The notes under the pieces were generated by a model. That model did not search any database. It was not told the origin of the DNA and saw only the letters and a list, made by a program, of their open reading frames with translations. A program made the position numbers and the translations under genes. DNA of 32,460 nucleotides from Allomuricauda sp. (GTDB lineage: Bacteria > Bacteroidota > Bacteroidia > Flavobacteriales > Flavobacteriaceae), in assembly GCA_020434915.1 (NCBI GenBank), contig JAGQZL010000001.1:1-32460 (forward strand), written 5' to 3'. This document shows positions 1-8,931 of this stretch, one piece after another (within the stretch, counting starts at the first letter, position 1; each line of letters begins with the position of its first letter).

Positions 1-1
1 G

Positions 2-502
2 TTGCAACAATACACCACCAACCCTGAAAAACTGGATGAATTTCAAAAAAAATACAATCTGGATTTCAGTAAAACAGATATTTTGCTGTTAACAAACATG
101 GTAAATGACACCTTAACATATGCAGAAATGCTGAAAAAAAATCGTGGAAAATGGCTTTACATTGACTTTTGGGCCAGCTGGTGCCGCCCTTGTCGTGAAA
201 ATATGCCTGCCTCGGTCAACTTAAAAAAATCCTTTACCGGAAAAAACGTTGATTTCATCTATATCAGTAGTTATGACAAAAAAGAAAACTGGAGAAAAGC
301 CATACAGAAGGATGGTATAGGTGAAAGCCAAAACTATTTCATTGAGAATGGAAATGTATCAAAAGTAATTGAAGATTTAGGGATTGAGACCATTCCTCAC
401 TATTTGATCTATAATCCTGAAGGTACCCTTGTAAGCAGATACGCAAATAGACCCGGCCAAGGTGCAAAAGAAGAGCTGATCGGCCTCATGGAGAAGAAGT
501 AG
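2..502 (+). CDS. TlpA-family thioredoxin-like disulfide reductase (5' truncated by window)
   Basis: YIDFWASWCRPC active-site motif and downstream I-P (cis-Pro) motif GIETIPHY; frame open at window edge. Confidence 0.85.
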   Translation: MQQYTTNPEKLDEFQKKYNLDFSKTDILLLTNMVNDTLTYAEMLKKNRGKWLYIDFWASWCRPCRENMPASVNLKKSFTGKNVDFIYISSYDKKENWRKAIQKDGIGESQNYFIENGNVSKVIEDLGIETIPHYLIYNPEGTLVSRYANRPGQGAKEELIGLMEKK

Positions 503-509
503 ATTTTTA

Positions 510-1553
510 TTACGTAACCCTTAACTGCTCCTGCAATGCCCCATTTTCCTTCAACATGGCCCTTCCGTCCCTAAAACTTAAATATGGGTGTCCCTTTTGG
601 TGGTTGAGCATGCTCACCTCGTTCATCATGCCCCAATGTCTTGTGACTTCTTTCCAAGCCCAAAACAAAGAATGCTTTGGATCGTAGATGTGGGTAGCCT
701 CCCCTCCTGCCCCGTTGATTTCGATCACACTGAAGTTTTTTCCCAAGCAAAGGTCCTCAAACGTGTTGTAAAGCACATCCAACCTTCCGTAATGAAATCC
801 CTCCATTTCGGAACATATACTGTTTACAGTCTGCACCAGCTCTTCATTGATCCGATGGCTGACATCCACAAACTTGGCGCCACGTGTATGGCTTCCGTAG
901 GGCACTAAAATAAATTCCTCTCCTTCTTCCAGAACATTGTGGAGCCTTTCCCCAAACTTTTTCTTCAATGCCTTTAACTGCAAATGACTCCTTGGATTTT
1001 GTTTGATAAGTTCCAAAAGAGTGCTCTTTCCATCCCCAATAACGGACAAAAATTCCTTGGACACAACGCCAGTCACCTTACCTAACTCCTCCCCGGGCTT
1101 TCGTACATAAAAAATTCCTACCTCCTTTTGAAACGGAATGAGTTCCTGCACCAAAAAATTGGACGGACTCCACAATACATATTCCCGAAACTCGTCCTTG
1201 TTATGGATTTTTTCGACCCCAAAAGCCTTCATGCCGATATCCGGTTTGGCAATAAAAGGAAATCCGATACCAGAGACCAAAACCCTTTCCAATGCCCATT
1301 CAGGGGATTGGTCCTTGGGAATGAACACCGTTAGAGGAATGAACTGATTTGGTATCATTTTGTAGATCTCCATTTTGGACTCCATGGCCATTCCCCCATT
1401 TTTCATGGCGGGGTTGGCGGCATTGAAAAAGAATATGGAACGTGCCTTCAGTGAATAGAATAGCCAAACCGGAAATAACGGATAATATATCAACCAAAAA
1501 GGCCAATATTCCCAGTGGGTAATTCTATGCCATATCAGTTTAAAGGAATCCAT
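510..1553 (-). CDS. ATP-grasp ligase (often labelled D-Ala-D-Ala ligase-like), substrate unknown
   Basis: PFIAKPDIG, FLVQELI, GRLDV, VIEING ATP-grasp motifs; VIGDGKSTLLELI insert like cyanophycin synthetase/GshF ATP-grasp domains; Trp-rich hydrophobic N-terminus. Confidence 0.8.
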   Translation of the reverse strand: MDSFKLIWHRITHWEYWPFWLIYYPLFPVWLFYSLKARSIFFFNAANPAMKNGGMAMESKMEIYKMIPNQFIPLTVFIPKDQSPEWALERVLVSGIGFPFIAKPDIGMKAFGVEKIHNKDEFREYVLWSPSNFLVQELIPFQKEVGIFYVRKPGEELGKVTGVVSKEFLSVIGDGKSTLLELIKQNPRSHLQLKALKKKFGERLHNVLEEGEEFILVPYGSHTRGAKFVDVSHRINEELVQTVNSICSEMEGFHYGRLDVLYNTFEDLCLGKNFSVIEINGAGGEATHIYDPKHSLFWAWKEVTRHWGMMNEVSMLNHQKGHPYLSFRDGRAMLKENGALQEQLRVT

Positions 1554-1558
1554 TGAAG

Positions 1559-2275
1559 CTACAGAATGAGTTGGTTGGAAGAAAAAGGAACTTCATAGGA
1601 TGCATTGTTCAGCAGATCTAGATGACGCATCAATGCTTCGTCTTCCTCCAGTACCACTTGTGTTACGCTAAAGGTTTTTAGTCCCGATTCCCGATCAATG
1701 ATAAACCCGTTTTCAAAATCGTCATGGTTAGTTGAGTGGAAATTGACCACATCGGATGCACCAATAACTGGGTTTTGATCAATAAATCGGTCGAACAATT
1801 GGGCCCGATGTTCGATGACCTTGTCCTCGTACAATGTGGAAGATGACCAAATATGGTTTTTGGTCTTGTCCAACGGTCTAAAATACTTTTGGTTTCCGTC
1901 CCATCTAAACTCCAACAGCTCCGAATTGAATAAAACCATAGTGAACGGTTCAACGTTATAAAGTTCCATTTCCCAAAGCTTGGTCTCTGGGTTATCGGAA
2001 GAAATTACATCCAGAAGAATCAATCCGCGACTCCTCCTATAATTTCCTGCGGAGGTATGCCTTACAAAGGCACCGTTCAGCAATACCGAAACTACTCCAT
2101 ATTCATTGAGGGCAAACCATGTTCCCCCAGCTTTGGGGTCTTTTGGGAACAAAATTCTTGTATCCCCTATTACTTCCTCTTGGGGTTTCTGTGCCGATGG
2201 TCTAGATATGTGCTCATCCCTATTGGAAGTGATGAAATACCCATTGTCTACCGAAACAAAACTTACTGTGCACAT
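1559..2275 (-). CDS. NRDE (TANGO2) family protein, Ntn-hydrolase-like
   Basis: N-terminal MC, SNRDE, GGTW, LLNG and SRG motifs. Confidence 0.9.
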   Translation of the reverse strand: MCTVSFVSVDNGYFITSNRDEHISRPSAQKPQEEVIGDTRILFPKDPKAGGTWFALNEYGVVSVLLNGAFVRHTSAGNYRRSRGLILLDVISSDNPETKLWEMELYNVEPFTMVLFNSELLEFRWDGNQKYFRPLDKTKNHIWSSSTLYEDKVIEHRAQLFDRFIDQNPVIGASDVVNFHSTNHDDFENGFIIDRESGLKTFSVTQVVLEEDEALMRHLDLLNNASYEVPFSSNQLIL

Positions 2276-2748
2276 GTCTCCCTGTATTGCATGGTAGAAG
2301 GGGCCACTCCAAAAGATTCCGGGAGTTGCATACGTGTAAAATGTTCAATTCCCACTTTTATAAGGGCATGATGGTGGATGGTATGCTCCAGATTGTACAT
2401 TACCTCCCTATAATAATTGGAATCCAAATTGTTTTCCTCTCCCCCAAGTTCATAACTCATCTTGATGGGCTTGTTTGGGCGTTCCAGATGGGCTTGTATG
2501 TATTCCAATTGTTGAATGGCAAAGGGAAGTTCCTGTTCTATCCGAAAATCGCGTTTTCTGCGATCGTAGGAGACATCGGCAACCTCATACCCATGCAACA
2601 AGCAGAGATAGAGCTCAATGATGTGGCGAGTGTGTTGCCCGATGGTGGAATTGGAAAGAACACTGCATGACTGTGTATAACAATCCGATGGGAGTCCCAA
2701 AAGAATACGCTTGAATTGTTCTAAGGTATTCAAAGAAGATTTGAACAT
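2263..2748 (-). CDS. DinB-superfamily protein
   Basis: IGQHTRHIIE and EHTIHHHALI His motifs in a ~160 aa protein; overlaps the NRDE start by 13 bp. Confidence 0.85.
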   Translation of the reverse strand: MFKSSLNTLEQFKRILLGLPSDCYTQSCSVLSNSTIGQHTRHIIELYLCLLHGYEVADVSYDRRKRDFRIEQELPFAIQQLEYIQAHLERPNKPIKMSYELGGEENNLDSNYYREVMYNLEHTIHHHALIKVGIEHFTRMQLPESFGVAPSTMQYRETCAQ

Positions 2749-2750
2749 TG

Positions 2751-3404
2751 TTATTGGATTTTATAGTTGATTCGTTTTTTGATCAATAGGAACATAAGAT
2801 AGAAAGAAAATCCAAGGTAAATAGTTCCCATAAGAATATTTGTCATCCTATTATATTGATCGTAATTGTTGAAAATATATTTTCCTGCAAGGATAAAAAC
2901 GCCAAGGGCCACCATGGTTCCAAGCCCTATTCCCATTAAATAAAATAGATGGTGAGATTTTGATGATTCAAGAATTCCTTTACCCTCCAACACCTTGTTC
3001 CAGGTGAACCAAAAAGGAACCTGTAACGGGTTCAGGGCACTCAGTAAAAGTCCAAGCACAAAGGTCGACTTGATCTGTGGCAAGATCTCCGCTTTGGAGC
3101 TGGCACCAACAACATTGGATGCATCCAAGAAACTGGTAATGGATAGGTACATTAATAATAGGATACCCAAAGGCAAAAGATATTGTATCGCTCTTTCACC
3201 AAACTGTAGTTTTTCACTCCCAAAAAGCGTCAACCGCACCACGGCCAATTCTACCAGTACCACGGCCAAAGCAAACCCATAAGCAGCTTCCAATCCTTGG
3301 GTGGCCGAAATATCAAAGGCGGTCAGGTTCAAAGTTCCAAAGGGCAAAGCCCCCAAGAAACTTATCAATAGCCCCGCTAAACCTACCTTTGCCATTTTTA
3401 CCAT
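2751..3404 (-). CDS. LysE-family transporter / membrane protein
   Basis: About six hydrophobic segments; GALPFGTLN and FVLGLLLSALNPLQVPFW LysE-type motifs; start placed at MVKMAK (upstream ATG at 3446 possible). Confidence 0.7.
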   Translation of the reverse strand: MVKMAKVGLAGLLISFLGALPFGTLNLTAFDISATQGLEAAYGFALAVVLVELAVVRLTLFGSEKLQFGERAIQYLLPLGILLLMYLSITSFLDASNVVGASSKAEILPQIKSTFVLGLLLSALNPLQVPFWFTWNKVLEGKGILESSKSHHLFYLMGIGLGTMVALGVFILAGKYIFNNYDQYNRMTNILMGTIYLGFSFYLMFLLIKKRINYKIQ

Positions 3405-3479
3405 ACTGGTGTTGCCTTTCAATATTGACCCAAACAAAAAGGCCATACTCTTTTTGACGTAAAATCACCCAAAAAGTTA

Positions 3480-3923
3480 CTAATTCTTGATTTTTTCCCA
3501 GTTTTTGTCCGCTTTTTGCTTCAAATTGTCTGGAGATTCATCCAACCAAAGGTTTAAGGTATTGGTATTGCCAGAATTATAGAACAGGTATAGTTTGCCA
3601 TCCCTTATTTCGTAGGTTTGAGGGTTGATACTCACCTTTTTCCCATTAACAGCAACGGCATATGCACAGTACCCCCCATACTCTGGAAGAAACGAAGTGG
3701 GCTTTGCCTTGAATTTGTTCAAATTGGCCTCATTGGCGAACTTGTATTTGACACCATCATACTCAGTGGTGTATTCCTTTTGGCCTTCCAAGGCCTTTCC
3801 ATCAAAATAAGAGACCACATCGTACCCGTTGGCGGCATATCCTTTTTTGGTATTATAATCGATGCTTTGTGCGTAGGTGATAGCTCCCACCGCCAAAAAA
3901 AGAACCAATAGTATTTTTCTCAT
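3480..3923 (-). CDS. Secreted YHS-domain (seleno)protein family member, Cys form
   Basis: Signal peptide (AITYA|Q); GYDVVSYF, YKFANEANLNKFKAKP, PEYGGYCAYAVA and DGKLYLFYN motifs. Confidence 0.88.
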   Translation of the reverse strand: MRKILLVLFLAVGAITYAQSIDYNTKKGYAANGYDVVSYFDGKALEGQKEYTTEYDGVKYKFANEANLNKFKAKPTSFLPEYGGYCAYAVAVNGKKVSINPQTYEIRDGKLYLFYNSGNTNTLNLWLDESPDNLKQKADKNWEKIKN

Positions 3924-4105
3924 GTGTGTTGAATTTAAAGTTTAAGGTATTCCACCATTTTCTGGCCAGTAAACACAGTGGATATGCCCCTTTTAGTCCA
4001 ACATGGGGAGTATTCCTTTCAGAAGAAAGGAAAAAAGAAGGTTAAACTATTGCCAATATTCGGGAACTTACCAATGATAGCCCAACATTGAATTCAAAAA
4101 AACCT

Positions 4106-5218
4106 TTAAGCGTTCAACCATTTTTTGAATTCTGCCGCCTTGTTCTTACTGACGATGATGTTGATATCCGATTCGGGCATTACATCTATCTTAAGCTGGT
4201 TGTTCCCATATCTCAATATCTTATGTATGGAATTGATGGAAAGGATAAACTGTCTGTTGGCCCTAAAGAAAAGGGAATCGTCCAAATCATGATAAAGTTC
4301 GTCCAGGCTATTGTTACTGGTGGTCAGTTTTCCGTCTATTCGCCGGACATAGGTCACCGTATTTTCTGTGTAGATATATGCAATCTCTTCCATACCCAAC
4401 GAGACCAGTTCATTTTTTAAATAGGTGAGTATCCGTTTTTTGTTCGAATTCCCGTTGGATTCGTCATCCTTTTGGTCCGAAAGGTCTATTTTTTTCTTGT
4501 AAGTGGCCAGGTCATGGTTCAATTTGGAAAGGTTCAAGACTTCTTCGGAAAGCTTTTCATTCTTTTGTTCCAATTCCCTTTCATAGCTACTGCCTATGAA
4601 TCGGACCATCAACACAGATAGGAATACGATGGCAAACCCGGTGACCACATGGACCATCAAAAAATTTGCCTTCACACTTTTTACCTCCTCATTGATCTTG
4701 TCCATATTGGCATGGGCCGCCACAATCCAGTCCGTATTGTTTACTGGATATAGGTAAACAATTTCAGATTGCCTCTCTGAATTCTTAAAATCCCGTACTC
4801 CTCCACCTTTTTCCTTTCCTTGCAAATACGAATAAAAGTCCTTGGAATCCACTTCTTCCTGGATTCCCATAACATAGGACTCGTCGGGGCCCGTTATTTT
4901 TCCGATTTTTTCTGGATTAGGATGGCAGATTTCCTTCCCGGACCAATCAAACATACAGACAAACCCAGATTGCGTATTGGTATTTTCGATACTGCTTTGA
5001 AAATTTCGGATGATGGTTTCCTTGTCCACATTGTTCTCAACTTGGTAGGTAATCATCTTGGCCAACTCTTCAGCCTCCCTTTTGCTAGACTCCAACTGAA
5101 TTTTCAGAAACTGCTCCGTGCTAAGCCCCACCAAATAGTTCATACTAAAATAGGCCGCCACAAAAACAATGACCAATAGGGATAAAAAAGTAAAAAAATA
5201 GAGTTTGTCCTTTTTCAT
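4106..5218 (-). CDS. Membrane-anchored LytTR transcriptional regulator with periplasmic Cache-like sensor
   Basis: Two TM segments flanking a Cache-like region (MFDWSGKEICHP...DWIVAAH), then a coiled coil and a C-terminal LytTR domain (IAYIY, FFRANRQFIL, VSKNKAAEFKKWL); no receiver domain. Confidence 0.85.
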   Translation of the reverse strand: MKKDKLYFFTFLSLLVIVFVAAYFSMNYLVGLSTEQFLKIQLESSKREAEELAKMITYQVENNVDKETIIRNFQSSIENTNTQSGFVCMFDWSGKEICHPNPEKIGKITGPDESYVMGIQEEVDSKDFYSYLQGKEKGGGVRDFKNSERQSEIVYLYPVNNTDWIVAAHANMDKINEEVKSVKANFLMVHVVTGFAIVFLSVLMVRFIGSSYERELEQKNEKLSEEVLNLSKLNHDLATYKKKIDLSDQKDDESNGNSNKKRILTYLKNELVSLGMEEIAYIYTENTVTYVRRIDGKLTTSNNSLDELYHDLDDSLFFRANRQFILSINSIHKILRYGNNQLKIDVMPESDINIIVSKNKAAEFKKWLNA

Positions 5219-5325
5219 GTGCTGCGCAATTTGATGCTAAAAATAGGAATACGTTCCGAAAAAAAAAGACACTAAGGTCACAAAAGAAATCTTTGCAAAT
5301 ACCACTGTTTTTTCAAAGGTTTTTT

Positions 5326-5354
5326 TTCCCTTTCAGAGGCTATTATTCCCTGTC
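5326..5354 (+). promoter_or_regulatory. Candidate LytTR-binding direct repeat
   Basis: TTCCCTTTC (5326-5334) and TTCCCTGTC (5346-5354), 20-bp period, in the divergent intergenic region. Confidence 0.35.
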
Positions 5355-5427
5355 GCCAAGTTTTCTTTTGAGGTAAGTGGTTGATTCTGGTTCATTTGCA
5401 GCAGTAAATCTCTAAATGTAATTAATC

Positions 5428-7047
5428 ATGAAAAAAGTATTTCTTCTGTTCGTTACATCCATGTTTTTACTGCATAGCTGTAGCAGTGATGACAACGGTG
5501 GAACAACAACCCCAGACCCCGATCCAGATGGCACACCTGAACCAACGATCAGTGTACAACTGGTAAGCAATGCCACCCACGGCCAAATTCTAACGGACGG
5601 TGATGGCAATTCTCTTTACTTCTTCTCCAAAGATCAGGATGGCCAATCTGCCTGTGGGGAAGCAGGTGACTGCATCAGCATTTGGCCTCTCTTTTATGTG
5701 GAAGACTTAACCCTTGGTGAAGGTCTTACCGCCGCCGACTTTGGTGAAATCACCAGGGAAGATGGCGACAAACAGACCACTTACAAAGGATGGCCATTGT
5801 ATTATTTTAACAACGACAATGCCCCTGGGGACACCAATGGTGATGACGTAAACAACATTTGGTACGTGGCCAAGCCAGATTATTCCCTAATGTATGCAAG
5901 AGAGCAATTGGTAGGACTTGATGGAAACAACTATACTAGCGATTACACTGTGGGCGATGGTGAGACCAGCTACATTGTGGACATCAACGGTAGAACCCTT
6001 TACACGTTTATCAACGACACCAAAGATCAGAACAACTTTACGGCAGCCGATTTCTCCAACAACGGGGTATGGCCCATTGCCGAGATTACCTTGGACAAAA
6101 TTCCAAGTATTTTGGACAACGCTGACTTCGGCACCATCAATGTGTACGGTAGAACCCAGTTGACTTATAAAGGATGGCCCCTCTATTATTTTGGTCAGGA
6201 TGCCGCACGTGGAGACAACAAAGGGGTAAGCTTTCCCAATCCAGGGGTATGGCCCATTGCCAATGTAGACACTCCTGTTGCTCCTGTAGCTGAGGCAGAA
6301 TCCACTGTAAAATTAGCAGACAACAATACCCATGGCAAAATCTTGACAGACAGTGAAGGGAACTCCTTGTACTTCTTCTCCAAAGATCAGGATGGACAAT
6401 CCGCTTGTGGAGAAGCAGGAGGTTGCATCGACACATGGCCAGTGTTTTATCAAGAAGAGTTGATCTTGGACGAAGGCCTTTCCGCTTCCGATTTCGGTGA
6501 AATTACCAGGGAAGATGGTGCCAAGCAAACCACTTACAAGGGATGGCCACTGTACTACTACATGAGCGATGATGCTCCTGGCGATACCAATGGTGACGAT
6601 GTAAACCATGTTTGGTACGTAGCCAAGCCAGATTATTCCCTAATGTATGCAAGAGAGCAATTGGTAGGACATGATGGTAAAAACTACACCAGTGATTACA
6701 CAGAGGGAGATGGAGAGACCAGCTATATCGTGGACATCAACGGCAGAACCCTTTATACTTTCGCCAACGACACCAATGGACAAAACAATTTTACCGCTGA
6801 AGATTTTTCCAACAATGGGGTATGGCCCATTGCCGAGATTACTTTGGATCAAATCCCAAGTATTCTTGACGGTGAGGACTTCGGTACCATTGATGTGTAC
6901 GGAAGAACTCAATTGACCTACAAAGGCTGGCCGCTCTATTACTTTGGACAGGATGAAGTTAGAGGAGATAACAAAGGGATAAGTTTCCCAGCTCCAGGAG
7001 TATGGCCTATTGCCAATGTAGACACCCCTACTGCTCCCAGTAATTAA
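5428..7047 (+). CDS. Repeat lipoprotein (COG4315 / Yx(FWY)xxD secreted-repeat family), internally duplicated
   Basis: Lipobox LHS|C followed by SSDD; Pro/Asp linker; four TYKGWPLYY units with LYxFxxD and GDxxG motifs. Confidence 0.85.
   Translation: MKKVFLLFVTSMFLLHSCSSDDNGGTTTPDPDPDGTPEPTISVQLVSNATHGQILTDGDGNSLYFFSKDQDGQSACGEAGDCISIWPLFYVEDLTLGEGLTAADFGEITREDGDKQTTYKGWPLYYFNNDNAPGDTNGDDVNNIWYVAKPDYSLMYAREQLVGLDGNNYTSDYTVGDGETSYIVDINGRTLYTFINDTKDQNNFTAADFSNNGVWPIAEITLDKIPSILDNADFGTINVYGRTQLTYKGWPLYYFGQDAARGDNKGVSFPNPGVWPIANVDTPVAPVAEAESTVKLADNNTHGKILTDSEGNSLYFFSKDQDGQSACGEAGGCIDTWPVFYQEELILDEGLSASDFGEITREDGAKQTTYKGWPLYYYMSDDAPGDTNGDDVNHVWYVAKPDYSLMYAREQLVGHDGKNYTSDYTEGDGETSYIVDINGRTLYTFANDTNGQNNFTAEDFSNNGVWPIAEITLDQIPSILDGEDFGTIDVYGRTQLTYKGWPLYYFGQDEVRGDNKGISFPAPGVWPIANVDTPTAPSN
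5554..7030 (+). repeat. Intragenic tandem duplication, 753-bp (251-aa) period
   Basis: TCTTCTCCAAAGATCAGGATGG at 5621 and 6374; 49-bp identical stretch at 5869-5917 and 6622-6670; outer boundaries approximate. Confidence 0.92.
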
Positions 7048-7121
7048 GATTTAGGAAAGACAAAGAGAGTTTTTTGGTTGGTTATTTAGTGCGCGGGTTT
7101 GTCAAATTCAAGTTTTTAAAA

Positions 7122-8084
7122 ATGAGAAAAAGAACATCAATAGTTGTATTACTTGTCATCACTTCACTTTTAACATTGATTCTTGTTTCCCAGTTAAGGA
7201 CTGTTAGTACAAACCCGCCAATAACCAGTGATTTTGGCAATACTCCGGAAAACATCAAAAGTATCGTACGGAATTCATGCTATGATTGCCATTCCAATGA
7301 AACACAACTAGAATGGTTCCATAAACTCCCCTTTATAGCCAGCAGGGTAAAAGAGGATATCGAGAAGGGAAGGGAAAAAATCAACTTCTCGGAATGGGAC
7401 CAATATTCGGAAAAGGAACAAATCACCATCCTTTTCAACATGTTGACCAAGGTCAAGAAAGACATCATGCCTCCAGAGGACTATCTGTTTGTACATCCCA
7501 GCTCAAAATTGACGGATAGCCAAAAAGAGGAATTGGAAACCTATATCAAGGGCCTTGACAACATTTCCGGTTATTCAATCAATATGGATGGCCAAAAACG
7601 CTACGAAAAAGCATATCAGAATTGGGAAGAAAATAAAGAAAAAGAAAAGAAAATAGAAAAATCACCTAACGGGATTCCCTTTCCCGAAGATTATAGGAAA
7701 TGGAAGGTTGTCAGCAGTTCTTACAGGTTAGACCACCATACACTCAGAGTCATTTTAGGGAACGATGTGGCCATTGAGGCCATAGATAACAATGAGACGA
7801 ATCCTTGGCCAGACGGGGCCATTTTGGGGAAAGTGGTCTGGGAACAAAGGAACGATGAGAACTGGGAAGCTGCCATAGTACCATCCTCTTTTGTCCATGC
7901 CGAGTTCATGTTCAAGGATTCAAAAAAGTATGGAAGCACTCATGGTTGGGGATGGGCCAGATGGCTAGGTACCGAGCTTACGCCATTCGGCCAAGATGAG
8001 TCATTCACCCAGAGTTGCATAGAATGTCATCTACCGGTAAAGAACAGAGACTATGTCTTTACGACGCCTTCCATCTTTCCTTAA
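7122..8084 (+). CDS. Haem-binding domain + cytochrome P460-family fusion (dihaem c)
   Basis: N-terminal TM/signal; CYDCH with distal MPPxxY; C-terminal YRKW, PDGAILGK, EFMFKD, GWGW, CIECH and DYVFT P460 motifs; start at MRKRTS. Confidence 0.88.
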   Translation: MRKRTSIVVLLVITSLLTLILVSQLRTVSTNPPITSDFGNTPENIKSIVRNSCYDCHSNETQLEWFHKLPFIASRVKEDIEKGREKINFSEWDQYSEKEQITILFNMLTKVKKDIMPPEDYLFVHPSSKLTDSQKEELETYIKGLDNISGYSINMDGQKRYEKAYQNWEENKEKEKKIEKSPNGIPFPEDYRKWKVVSSSYRLDHHTLRVILGNDVAIEAIDNNETNPWPDGAILGKVVWEQRNDENWEAAIVPSSFVHAEFMFKDSKKYGSTHGWGWARWLGTELTPFGQDESFTQSCIECHLPVKNRDYVFTTPSIFP

Positions 8085-8136
8085 AAATTGCACCAATAAA
8101 AACAGGGGATTAATAATTCCCATAAAAAAACAAAAC

Positions 8137-8496
8137 ATGAAAACTAAAAAAAGAATAGGCATTGCCATGCTGTTCACAGGTATGCTCATTTTGTTTTTCT
8201 CCTGTGAAACCAATGTAGAGGAAGACATCATCATTGATGACATGATGGGTATGGAGGAAGAGCCATGCGCTCCTTCCTTTACCAACGACATTGAACCCAT
8301 TATAGCAAACAACTGTCTAAGCTGCCACAGTGGAACACAGTTCCCTGATCTACGGACCTATCAAGGTGTCAGCTCCAATGCCGGAATTGTTAAAACTCAA
8401 GTAGTGAACAGGACCATGCCCATTGGAGGATCTTTGACCAACAATGAAATAGACTTGATCAGTTGTTGGGTAGACAATGGAGCACCCAATAACTAA
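8137..8496 (+). CDS. Small monohaem c-type cytochrome lipoprotein
   Basis: Lipobox FFS|C, acidic linker, SFTNDIEPII, CLSCH, distal MP, WVDNGA. Confidence 0.8.
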   Translation: MKTKKRIGIAMLFTGMLILFFSCETNVEEDIIIDDMMGMEEEPCAPSFTNDIEPIIANNCLSCHSGTQFPDLRTYQGVSSNAGIVKTQVVNRTMPIGGSLTNNEIDLISCWVDNGAPNN

Positions 8497-8508
8497 AAGA
8501 GAGAAGCC

Positions 8509-8925
8509 ATGAGCAAGAAAAATATACTGATTCTTTTGGCCGTACTTACCATTCTTGGTGGCTACCTAGGCATTAGGATGTATAACAAACCCCATGTAAA
8601 CGTGGCGGAATCCGACCCAGATCTAGTGCTGTTTTCCCAAACATTACTGGATGACTTTGAGAGTGACGAGATCAGTGCCAATGAAAAATATCTAGAACAG
8701 ATCATACAGGTGACCGGTAAAATCCAAAAACTGGGTACCGCAAATGGAAATGGCACCATTACCCTTACCAATGGTACTTCCATAGGGAGCGTCATCTGCC
8801 ACTTATCAGAAAAGGAAAACAAAAAAATGGTCTCCCTACGTGAGGGCCAAGAAATTATGGTTAAAGGTATCTGCACCGGCTATCTGATGGATGTAATACT
8901 CATTAACTGTGTTTTAGTCAATTAA
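8509..8925 (+). CDS. Membrane-anchored OB-fold protein (tRNA_anti-like family)
   Basis: N-terminal TM; ANEKYLEQIIQVTGKI and VKGICTG pattern. Confidence 0.7.
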   Translation: MSKKNILILLAVLTILGGYLGIRMYNKPHVNVAESDPDLVLFSQTLLDDFESDEISANEKYLEQIIQVTGKIQKLGTANGNGTITLTNGTSIGSVICHLSEKENKKMVSLREGQEIMVKGICTGYLMDVILINCVLVN

Positions 8926-8931
8926 GAAAAC

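Noticed and set aside
510..1553. True D-Ala-D-Ala ligase (ddl)
   Set aside because: Lacks the N-terminal GGxSxE and HG..GEDG Ddl motifs; no cell-wall gene context
3480..3923. Selenoprotein status of the YHS protein
   Set aside because: The motif is encoded as Cys (GGYC), there is no in-frame UGA, and the gene ends in TAA
5554..7030. CRISPR array or mobile-element repeat
   Set aside because: The repeats are in-frame coding duplications with synonymous differences; no spacer structure or cas genes
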